Part shown: piece by piece, positions 31,370-41,600 of the stretch | Numbering within the stretch: the first letter of the stretch is position 1 | Layout of the letters: every line of letters begins with the position of its first letter | Source: a virus | Strand: one strand, 5' to 3' | Length of the DNA stretch: 56,910 bases | Virus record (IMG/VR): IMGVR_UViG_3300027898_000003 | Span: 1-56,910 of that record | The notes under the pieces: generated by a model | Database searches by the model: none | The model's input: only the letters and a program-made list of their open reading frames with translations | Told to the model about the DNA's origin: nothing | Program-made: the position numbers and the translations under genes

Positions 31370-32881
31370 ATGGCTGCAAAACCGCAAAATAGATATGCTG
31401 ACGGCGGCCAGATGCCCGGCCCGACCATGGGGATTCAATACGCTGACGGCGGCACGATCGCTACGTCGAGCGACCCAAACAGCCCTGCCAATCTGGATAC
31501 ACCGACCGCAGGGCAAAACTTTGGTGACTACCTGCGACAGCAGTCCGCGGGGGGCCAAGGCGTCGGGCTTCAGTACGCGCCCGTAACTGAAGCACCGCCC
31601 ACTACGCCAGCTTACGCAAACACTAAAGGGGGTAACTCGACCCCCGGTGGCAATACTGCTGCTCCAGCGTCAGATGGAACCGGGGTTGCCGACGGTACTT
31701 CCGGCAAAATAGCCAGCACAGTTGGTACTTTGGCATTTGGCCCTGTAATCGGTGGATTGATGGGGTTTGGTACAAATGTGGCTGACGGGTATAGCACTGG
31801 TACTACGTCTGGCAACAGCCCAGCTTCAGCGACGTTTGGCGCAAATTTGTCGCAGTTTGGCCCTATAACGGCAGGAATGAACGCGTTATTTGGAACGCCT
31901 CTAGCAGACGCGCCCGCGGCTAATCCCGTAGCTGCAGACCCGGCGACAATGCAAGGGGCCACTATTTCTACGAACACGGACCCTGCGTTTGCGACCGCCA
32001 CAAACACCTTTGCCGCTAACCCGACGCAAGCCGACCCAGCAACTCAGCAAGGCCAAGCGCCTACTGGTGGCGCACCTGCGGGCATTGGTCCTAATGGTAT
32101 GACGGGCATGGATGGTAACCCGGGCAAATCTGCGGACGACGGCGGAGGCAATGGTAATGGCGGCGGAGGGGGCGGAGGGGGCAACGCAGGCCCCCATGGC
32201 GGTGAAGGGTCTGGAACGGGTGGTGCAGGGTACGCAGACGGCGGCCTTACGGGTGCGCAACAGCCTCAACAGCCAATGCCTGTGCAACAAGGTGCTAATC
32301 CGACAATGGCTACTGCTGGTCTGCAAATGGCCCCGGCCGGTGCTTCTGCGGGTAGCCCGCCCCCAGACATGCACCCGGCGATTGCCGCATTGCACGTTCA
32401 AAACAAACTGGCTAATCCGCAAGTTATGCAGGCCATTCAGACTGACATGTCTCAAGCTATTCAGTCAGGCCAAGTAAACCCGCAACAATTGCAGATGCTC
32501 GGTCAGCTTGCGCAATCAGCTATGCAAAACCCTGAACTTTGGCCAAAGTTGCGCCAATTCGCCATTCAAGCTGGGCTGCCAGACGCACCTCAGCTGCCCC
32601 AGCAGTTCAACCAGCAGTTATGCATGGCGTTGATGGCCGTATCTCAAGCAGCGCAACATGGTGACCGCCAAGGTGCGTTCAAGAACGGCGGCATGTTACA
32701 TGGGCCGGGCACCGGCACCAGCGACTCCATCCAAGCGCACAACACAGATTCTGGTCAAGCAGTAAAACTCAGCAACGGCGAGTACATTATTCCTGCGGAC
32801 GTGGTAGCCACGAAGGGCAAAGAGTTCTTCGACAACATAGTACGCAAGTACCACACGCCTGCGGCGATGCAGCCGCGCTAA
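31370..32881 (+). CDS. low-complexity internal virion/ejection protein candidate
   Basis: 503 aa, Gly/Ala/Pro/Gln-rich. Repeated YADGG motifs, a poly-Gly run, and a structured C-terminus GPGTGTSDSIQAHNTDSGQAVKLSNGEYIIPADVV. Confidence 0.55.
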   Translation: MAAKPQNRYADGGQMPGPTMGIQYADGGTIATSSDPNSPANLDTPTAGQNFGDYLRQQSAGGQGVGLQYAPVTEAPPTTPAYANTKGGNSTPGGNTAAPASDGTGVADGTSGKIASTVGTLAFGPVIGGLMGFGTNVADGYSTGTTSGNSPASATFGANLSQFGPITAGMNALFGTPLADAPAANPVAADPATMQGATISTNTDPAFATATNTFAANPTQADPATQQGQAPTGGAPAGIGPNGMTGMDGNPGKSADDGGGNGNGGGGGGGGNAGPHGGEGSGTGGAGYADGGLTGAQQPQQPMPVQQGANPTMATAGLQMAPAGASAGSPPPDMHPAIAALHVQNKLANPQVMQAIQTDMSQAIQSGQVNPQQLQMLGQLAQSAMQNPELWPKLRQFAIQAGLPDAPQLPQQFNQQLCMALMAVSQAAQHGDRQGAFKNGGMLHGPGTGTSDSIQAHNTDSGQAVKLSNGEYIIPADVVATKGKEFFDNIVRKYHTPAAMQPR

Positions 32882-32890
32882 GGAGTTTTT

Positions 32891-33898
32891 ATGTCAATTT
32901 GGGATACTGCGTTAAGTTTTTTTACCGGTGGCGACGGAACAGACACATCGTCTTTACCGGACCTTGGCGGTGGAGTGCCTACAGACGCAGCTTCTGGGAC
33001 TTTGCCAGCGTTTAGCGGAGCACCACTGGACGCGCCTTCTGCCGCAGCTGGAACAGACCTTGGTAATTTGGCGCAAACGGCGGCCACCACGTACGGCGGC
33101 CCCGGCGGGTTGGGGTATTCCGGCGCTGCTACGCCCGGCCTCGATCTGTCGGGAAGCGGCGTGAGCTCTGGCGTAGCAAATAGTTCGCCGGGCACCAACC
33201 TTGGACCCATAGGCTCTGGGGGCGGTGCGTACACTCCGCCCATTGACACCCCCGGCCCAGCCTCAACTGGTACAGACATGACCGGTGGCTTGGACAATGT
33301 CGGCAAATACCTGAAACAAAACCCTCAGTTGGTGAATGCGGGGTTGAACTTGGCCAACTCGTTGACGGCCAACCACAGCGTCCCTCAAGGGTACCAAACC
33401 GCGGCCGACGTGCAAGCGCAAGGTAACGCGTCAAATCAAGCCACCGCTGCTGGCAAAACCGCCGTGGGCAACTCGTTGATTGGGCAAGCGCCGTATCTGG
33501 CAAACAATGCATTAGCTGGCTCCATGAACTCGAATGCCGCCACGGGTTCGGCTTTGCAGACCCAGCTTAATCGTGAGGGTTACCATGCAGGTGACCCGCA
33601 ATACGACAGCGCCATGGCTCAGCACGCTACCACCGCTTCCCAAAACAACGGAACGGCGTGGGCGCAAGGGCAGTCTGCAATGGGCGCGCAAGAAACGCAA
33701 GGTGCAGGATTACTCACCGCATACACTCCGCAAGTGGGCGCTGACACATCTCTGGGCGCGGCGCAGCAAACTTCGCAGAACGGCACAAACAGCACCAATA
33801 CCGCTGTCGCGGCAAACCTTGGAAATGCCTACAACATTTACGCTGGCAACAGCAAAGACGGCTCAATCAAAAACGCCACTGATTCCACCGGCACTTAA
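32891..33898 (+). CDS. low-complexity internal virion/ejection protein candidate
   Basis: 335 aa, Gly/Ser/Thr/Ala/Asn/Gln-rich. Confidence 0.5.
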   Translation: MSIWDTALSFFTGGDGTDTSSLPDLGGGVPTDAASGTLPAFSGAPLDAPSAAAGTDLGNLAQTAATTYGGPGGLGYSGAATPGLDLSGSGVSSGVANSSPGTNLGPIGSGGGAYTPPIDTPGPASTGTDMTGGLDNVGKYLKQNPQLVNAGLNLANSLTANHSVPQGYQTAADVQAQGNASNQATAAGKTAVGNSLIGQAPYLANNALAGSMNSNAATGSALQTQLNREGYHAGDPQYDSAMAQHATTASQNNGTAWAQGQSAMGAQETQGAGLLTAYTPQVGADTSLGAAQQTSQNGTNSTNTAVAANLGNAYNIYAGNSKDGSIKNATDSTGT

Positions 33899-33907
33899 GG
33901 GGACACC

Positions 33908-35563
33908 ATGAGCCTCTATGGCAACGACAATGACTCGAACCAGCAGTACGCTGCGTCCCTGAAAGCGCTGCAAAGCTCTGACCAAATGACCCGTGACGCG
34001 ATCACGGCTGGGCAGATGCGCCAACAAACTAATCAGTCTTTGGACCCTGCGGCCGCCAAAGGGCTGCCCACAGCAACGGGAGAGCAGCAGTTCCCTGATT
34101 CTGGGGCTACTAACGACGCGTCGGCTACCGCCCCCGGGGCTACTACTGTGCCTACCGGCACCGTTGGAACCAACCCTGTTAAGCCCACCGAGACGCCCGG
34201 GCAGATCAACTACGCCATAGCACCGGACTCGACAACCGCTGAACTTAACCGCCTAGCTAATTACAACAACCCGGGCAACGCCACCGCCATTGGGATGGGG
34301 CCAAACAACGTAAATTTAGGGCTTAACACCCCACAAGGGCAAGCGTTGCGGCTGCGTCAGCTCCAGATGCTTAACGGCTCTGATGGCAACATAATCGGTA
34401 CCAACCTCCCCGGGGCCATAATTAGCCCTGTCGATACCGGCATCCCCCCTGCGCCTACTACGCTGGCTGAATACAACGCTGGCCGGTCTAACAAGCCTCC
34501 GGCCGGTGGAACACAAGCTACGGGAACCAGCTTGCCCCCAACGACTAACTCGTCCGGCCAAAAGCTCAACGCGTCTGATGCAGCGATGGCCGCGCAAGTC
34601 AATGGCGACATAGGGCGAGACCCGGGCGCTATTGCCAGAAACATTGCGGCGCTGCAACAAGACTTGCAAAAAGTCCCCGACGAAGCATCCAAGCAAATGA
34701 TTCGGCAAGAGATTGCCGATCTTCAACGCCAAGCGCAAGGCCCACAAGGTACCTACACTGGGCCCAGCAAATCCATTGCTGCCGCAGCCCCCGGGTTACA
34801 AGGTTTGCCGCAAACCGCTTCGGCTGCGCCCGCCAATGACCCGTCCAAGCCCACGTTTGTTGGCCCCGGCGGGGCGTTCCAAATGCCCGGGACATATGAC
34901 GATCGCACGATCGCAAGCCTGCGCCAGCAAGCCATGATGAGCGCGCAGCAACTTAAATTAGCGCAAATGCGATACCAAGCGCACCCCGAAGACCCCACCA
35001 CCGGGCAAGCGTACATGCAAGCCCAGCAATCGCTTGGACAGGCGCAACAAGGATATTACGATTCGCAGATTTACATGACCACGCAGCAGGCGCAGGCTGG
35101 GGACATGAACGCGTTTAAGACTTTGTTCCAAGAATACACGTCGCGTGCAGGCACACCGATTCAGCTCGTACCCACAGGTAACGGGCAGTACGCTATGCGC
35201 GCGCAGAACGGCACGGTTATTACCACGGGAACGCCACACGACTTGGCGGGTACTATGGGCTTTGCTTTAAACCACAGCGCGCAACAAATGAGCGTTCAAG
35301 TTCAACAGGAAAAAGCAATGGCTATGGCCAAAGCTGCACCCGAGTTGGCCAAAGCGTACTACCAAGGCAACGTGGAATTGCTCAAACAAATGGGCGTCAA
35401 CAGCTCGCAAGAGTTCCAAAAAGCCATCGAGACTGGCGCTATCAAAACTGTGTCGTCCAACGACGGAACGGTGTACGTTATCAATCCGAAAACAAACCAA
35501 GCGACGCCGCTTGGTGGCCCGGCCACTGGCAAATTTCCCGGTGCTCCCGTTGCCATTTCGTAG
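33908..35563 (+). CDS. low-complexity internal virion/ejection protein candidate
   Basis: 551 aa, Gln/Ala/Pro/Thr-rich. Confidence 0.5.
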   Translation: MSLYGNDNDSNQQYAASLKALQSSDQMTRDAITAGQMRQQTNQSLDPAAAKGLPTATGEQQFPDSGATNDASATAPGATTVPTGTVGTNPVKPTETPGQINYAIAPDSTTAELNRLANYNNPGNATAIGMGPNNVNLGLNTPQGQALRLRQLQMLNGSDGNIIGTNLPGAIISPVDTGIPPAPTTLAEYNAGRSNKPPAGGTQATGTSLPPTTNSSGQKLNASDAAMAAQVNGDIGRDPGAIARNIAALQQDLQKVPDEASKQMIRQEIADLQRQAQGPQGTYTGPSKSIAAAAPGLQGLPQTASAAPANDPSKPTFVGPGGAFQMPGTYDDRTIASLRQQAMMSAQQLKLAQMRYQAHPEDPTTGQAYMQAQQSLGQAQQGYYDSQIYMTTQQAQAGDMNAFKTLFQEYTSRAGTPIQLVPTGNGQYAMRAQNGTVITTGTPHDLAGTMGFALNHSAQQMSVQVQQEKAMAMAKAAPELAKAYYQGNVELLKQMGVNSSQEFQKAIETGAIKTVSSNDGTVYVINPKTNQATPLGGPATGKFPGAPVAIS

Positions 35564-35600
35564 CCCCGGGCCTTAGAATAGGCCCAGTTAAGGAGTTGCA

Positions 35601-38600
35601 ATGGCAGTTACGCCCGCCGCGAAAAATCCGGATACCTTTGCGAGTTCAAATCTTGCGGGGGGCAATAGCGCAACGGGGGCCGTCATGGGCCTCCCTCAAA
35701 ATCAGCCGTTAGGTTCTGCCGGGCAACCCCCTGCGCAGTCCAGCATGCCGCAACTGCCGACAGGCCCGTCGGGGTTTGATAATTATTTCAATTCCCCTCA
35801 ACAAGCCGCACCGCAAAATAACGACACCGTTATTCAGCAAATGTATGCGCAACAAGCAGGCAACGCGCAAGCCAACACGCAAGCTTTGTTGCAACCCCAA
35901 GCGTCTCAGCCAAGTTACGCGGTATCTGCGGACGACAAAAGCATTCTGATCGGTGGCAAAAGCTACGATATTGATAGCAACCCGACGGCTGTGTGGAACG
36001 CGGTTAATTCACCCGACGGCCAACAATCCGCAACGACGGCACCTCCCGGTTACAAACTGGTTCCAGCCAAACTTGTATCGGGTTATCTGCAAAACATCAA
36101 CCACGGCACGCTTAGCAACGCGTATCAAGGCGTCAAAGAATTGGCGACACGCGCGCCCGGGGCGTTTTTAAATACTGCTGGCGATGCTGCTCAATGGGCT
36201 GGCGCAGACACTGTGGGTCAGGGGCTCAACAACGCAGGTGCTGCCGTCGACCGGTTTACCGGCGCTGATCAAGTTCCTGACACGTTAGGTCGCGGTCCTG
36301 TTGGTTCGTGGTTTGTTCAGACGATGGCCGATGCTGCGCCCATGCTGCCAATCATGGCGGCATCTCTTGCGTTGCCTGAAACCGCGTTACCCCGAGCGTT
36401 TCAAATTCTGGGCGACGTGGGGCTCAACATGGGCCTGTTTGGCGGACAGGCTGCTCAGCAGAAAAAAGAGTCGCTTTTGCAACAAGGTGTCGCGCCTGAT
36501 CAAGCTAACCAAGCTGGATGGGTAGATTTTTTTACGCAAGGTGGTGGCCTTATGGCCATGGGGCATCTTGGCAAAGTTGCCAGTTCTGGCACGTACGGCG
36601 CAGCTCAGCAAGTGGTAGCCAAGCTTCAACAAGCTGTCGGCAAAGGCGCCATGACCGCAGAGCAAGCCGCAGCGGCCGTAACAAACCCCGCGTACTTTGC
36701 GCGCATGCTGGCCAACGGAGCCGGCAATATTGGTGTTCAGGGCGGCGTCATGTCGGGTATGGCTGGCGCCAGCGCGGCGTCGAACAATGCTTACGGCGGT
36801 CAACAACAAGACGTTGGGGATGCAATGTTGCACGGTCTTGGCGCCGGGCTGTCGTTTGGCGCGGTGTTGTCTCCGTTGGCAGGCATTCATTCGGTGCAAG
36901 ATTCGACTCGACGCAGCGCGTTGGGCGATGCGTTAGCTACCCCGGACCAGCAAATCGATTTGCTGCAAGCCGTCAAAATGGACAAAGCAGCCAAGGATAT
37001 TCAACCCGAAGTCGGTGCATTGGCCGGCAAAAACGCGGCTGCGCAATACACGGCTGATACGCAAGCCCGGTCGACCAACGCCTACGCCGACAACATGATT
37101 GCGGCAGAACGCGCGGCGCGCGGTGAAACCCCGGGATTTGGCGGTCAGGCTCCAGCAGCTCAAGCACCTGCCCCCGATGCATCGCGTCAAGCCGACGTGG
37201 AAGCTGCATGGCCAGCACAACCCGAAGCACCTGTTGCCCTTACACCTAAAGGTAAAAAAGGCCAGCCGCCGGTCGACCCCAACGCACCGCCGCCTCCACC
37301 GGGAAATCCGCCGCCCGGCGCACCTCCGGGCGCTGAGCCTGCCGCACCAACTGCCGATCAAGAACGGGCTGAATTGGTGCGGGAAGACGCACTGAACGCT
37401 GTTGGCATCCCCAAAAAGAACAAACCAGCGCGCGACAAAGCCGCAGCCGCCATGGACGCGGGCATCAACCTTGAAAGTCCAGAAGCCGAAACGCTCGTCA
37501 AAGCGTTAAAGGCTGGCAAAATGGCGTTGGCAGACGAAGAAATTGCCAAACTGAAAGGCGCACAAAATGACGGCACATCTGGACCCGTTGCACCCGGAAC
37601 TGCAGGAGTGGGTCAACCTACAAGTGTTGAGCCTGCAAGAAGCGTGGGAACTGGAATTGCTAACGATAAACAGCCCACTGGAGACGTTCGTCCCAGCACC
37701 GAAGCATCTTCAGCCGGCGTGCTAACGCCTGTTTCTGGCGGAAATGCCCGTGTGGGTGCGTCTGCAGTAGAGAAACCTATGATCGTTGGCACCAACGAAG
37801 GTTGGGTTGCCACAAACGGCGATTATTACGGCAACGGTGCACGACCAACCGATAAACCTGTTGAACGCCCTGTCAAAACCGGACAAACCGGTTTGCCTAC
37901 TGGAAAAGTTCAGCGCGCGCCGGCTTTACCCAAATCAGTCGTTCCAGATTTCAGTGAAGCACCTACCGAAGTCAAACCAGCCACACCGGGCAGGCTTACT
38001 CTTAAAGCACCCAAAATCGAGAAAAAGCTGACGGCCGAACAAGCGTTTAACCGCCTCAAGACCGGCTTGCCCAAATACAGCGAGTTGACGCCCGAGCAGC
38101 GCGCGGTGATCGACGACACGCATGCCAAGGGTGAACTGACCCAAGAAAACTGGGATGCCACCGCAAAGACGGCCAAAGAGACGCAAGCTAAGCAAAACCG
38201 CAAACGCGTGGAAGCTGAAAGCGCTGCCGAAGACGCCAAGACGCCCGAACAACTGGCTGCGGACGCTGCAGAAAAGACGACCATACCGCCCGCTGATGTG
38301 TTTCACAAAGTATTCGGCAAAATTTTCGGTGAGCGCGTGTGGCAAATTGCCAACGGTAAAAAGTTTGGCGAAGTTGGTGCGGCCGAAAAGAAACCGGTGT
38401 CTGAAGACGGCGTGCGCAAGTCTGTCAACCGTTTGACAGCAGAGCGCATTGAAGCCGCTTTGAAGAAAGGTGACATTACACCAGCCGAAGCCATTGCGGT
38501 GAAAGACGCCCTTGACATCGCGCAAGAAAAAACTGCCAAGCGCAAAACACAAGCAGCCATTCAACAAGACGGTGGTGATTCCAGTCTGCTTACCAACGAC

Positions 38601-41600
38601 ATCAGCCCAGAGCAAACCAAAGATTTGATGATTGGCGACGGCATTCACGTGCAAGGCGCTGACAACATGGGCGTCAAATCCAAAGCCGAAAAAACGGCTG
38701 AAGTCGAACAACAAAAAGCCATTGAAGCGGAAAAGCCTGAAACGCCCATTGAAGAAACTCGGGGCAGCGGTTTAGCGACCAATGAAGAAGTGCTGGTTCA
38801 AAAAACCAAAGCGCTTGAAGAACAGCTCCAAGCAGCGCTCAAAGCCGGCGACAAAAAGAAGGCCTCAGAAATCCGCGACCAGCAAAAAGTGCTGTCCGAT
38901 TTGTACAAAAAAGGTTTAAAAAAACAAGAAGAAAAAGAAACAACGACGTTGGTTAAAACTGAAGACAAACCCATCGATGAACGCATCGACGAGCTCAACG
39001 ACAAAATTGCTGATGCGGAAGACGCAGGCGACCACAAGCTGGTTACCAAACTCGAAGACGAACGTCAGAAGCTGTACGACAAACGCGACGCTGAAATCGC
39101 CGGAGAAACTCAGCTTGCTGCGGACGAAAAAGGCGATACAACGGAAGACGGCCGTTGGAAAGACGAGTCGGATGACCCCACTGAATCAGCACATGTGGCA
39201 GATAACGCGTCGTCGGATGCCGATTTGCAGATGGACCACGATTTGCGCCAAATTGCCAAAGGGTCCGAGCCGTTTAAACAGGCTATCCAGTACGCGATTG
39301 CCAAAGAAACTAACAAGTTTCGCAAACAGATTTTGACCAACGTGCTTGCACGGTATGAGCAGCTTAAAAAACTAGGATTTGAGTTTTCGTTCGGAGTGAC
39401 CGAGCCGGGCCGTGCGCTGCGTGGCAATATGGTTGGCGTTAGCAGCCACACTCCCGGCGTTTTAGGAGAAGCCAGCAAAGTCGAAGTTAACCTCAACGGT
39501 GCGCACATGGGTGCCCGATCGGGTACCAACCAAGAAACTTTAGCGCATGAGCTCATTCACTCAGTGACCCAAGCTGCCATCAGTGCAAACCCTGAAGGTA
39601 CTGCAGCGCGCAAATTGCAAGAGTTTTATAACGAACTACGGCAAGACATTCTTAGTCGCAAAAATGCCAACAAGCTAAACGACTTTGAAAAAGCATTTTT
39701 CTCAGGCAAAAACAACTCGCTGGAAAACGCCCATGAGTTGCTATCGTGGGGGCTTACCAACCCCAAAATGCAGGAGTATTTGGCCAGCCGCATTGACCCG
39801 AAAGGGCGCACGTGGTTCCACCGCTTGCTCGACATTGTTGCCAACGCTTTAGGTTTGCACAAGGTTGACGAGCGTTCCGATCTTGCACGCTTGATTTCTG
39901 TCAGCGACGAACTGATGTCGGAAGACACGGGGGCATACGTTAAACACGCCAACGACCGCGGATTGTCTTTTGGTAAGCAAGAAAACAAATCAGGGTATTC
40001 CGGGTTTGCGTTGCTCAACAAAGGTCGTGGCGAAATTGTGTACGACAAAGACGGGCTTATATTGATTCGCAGTAAAAATCTGCGAGGTGACGAAATTTTC
40101 GTGCCGGGCAAAGCCGGCGTAGGTATCGCGCGCGTGGGCCTTGACCACTTCACAGGCGATTGGATTTCTCCGGCGGATATGGCCAAGTTGAAAGACGTGG
40201 CCAACAGTTTGAAGACTGAAGGTGCTGCCATGGTGTCGCGCAACATCGACAAGTTGCCTGACAGGTTGCAAGAGCCTGCGCGCACCATCACCGACCGGCT
40301 TAACCGCTGGACCAATTCTGGTCTGGACAAAGTAATATTTACCCGCGATCTGGTGAAGCGTGGAGTTGCCCGGGGCTTGCATGCGTTGGAGACGTTTGAC
40401 GAACACCGCGAATCGCGCGATGCGTTGGCTGGCCACTACCAAAAAGCCGCGTTAAACGCAGTGGAAGATGTGCGCACCTTTAGCACCCCCGAAAAACGCA
40501 CACTTAGTGAATTCTTGCAAGAATCCACGTTGTCAACGGCATGGGGGTATGGTCCCAAGCGGGCAGAGAACAGCCGCGCAGCCAAGCTGTACGATGCTTT
40601 GTCCCCTCGCGCCAAACGGGTTGCGGAAGCCGTGTTTGCCCATGGCGATACCATACTGAAAGCCAAAAAAGACGCGATTACGGAATTGGCTGACAGCATG
40701 TACAAACCCATGATTGCCGAAGCGACGGCAGCTGGACATCACAACGTAGCCCGGGACCTTGAGCGCGAACGTGAAGGGTTGCTGAAAAAGTACAACACGC
40801 TGTTGTCCATCGGTGAAGGTCAGCCTTACGTGTCCATGCAACGGCGTGGTGATTTTGTAGCGGTTGGTAAGTCCGACGAGTATTTAAAAGCCGAAGCGGC
40901 TGCAAATGCAGAAGACGCCACGCCAACACATCGCGCGCTGCTGGAAAAAATGCAGACGGACCCGAATCATTATTTGGTGTCTGAAGCCCAGAGCGAACAA
41001 GAAGCCAAAGCCTTGCGCGACAACATGCGTGCAGCCGGGTTCCCGTCGACGGGCGACCACACGTATTACAAACCCAAAGACCGTTGGACCCAAGAAGGCG
41101 GCGGCGTGCTGGCCGGTATGGCGCGACTGCGCAACAAGCTGGACATGATGGCTCAAGAGTCTACCAACCCAGCGGACAAAGCGCAAGCGGCGTCCATGCG
41201 CAACCTATTGACCCACATGTGGTTGGATGCATTGAGCCACCGCAGTTCTCGCAAAGCTGAGATGCGCCGGGTAGGTGTACACGGTACGATGGATGTGGTC
41301 GACTCATTTCGCCAATCGGCTGCGGCAGACGCGCACTTTATTTCGGGCATCAAGTACAACGACAAAATGCTCACCGCGCTCAAAAATGCGCGCAAACAGG
41401 CTGACCGGGGCGAAGGCGAAGAACGCACTACAAACTTGAATCTGCTGGATGAATTTTTGAAACGCCATGAGCAAAGCACCAACGCGGTGCCGACTCCATG
41501 GGCCAACAAAATCACCAAAGCCACGGCGTTGTGGCAAATCGCCACCAGCCCGGCGCATTACGTCGGTAACCTGATGCAGCCATGGACGATGACGCTGCCT

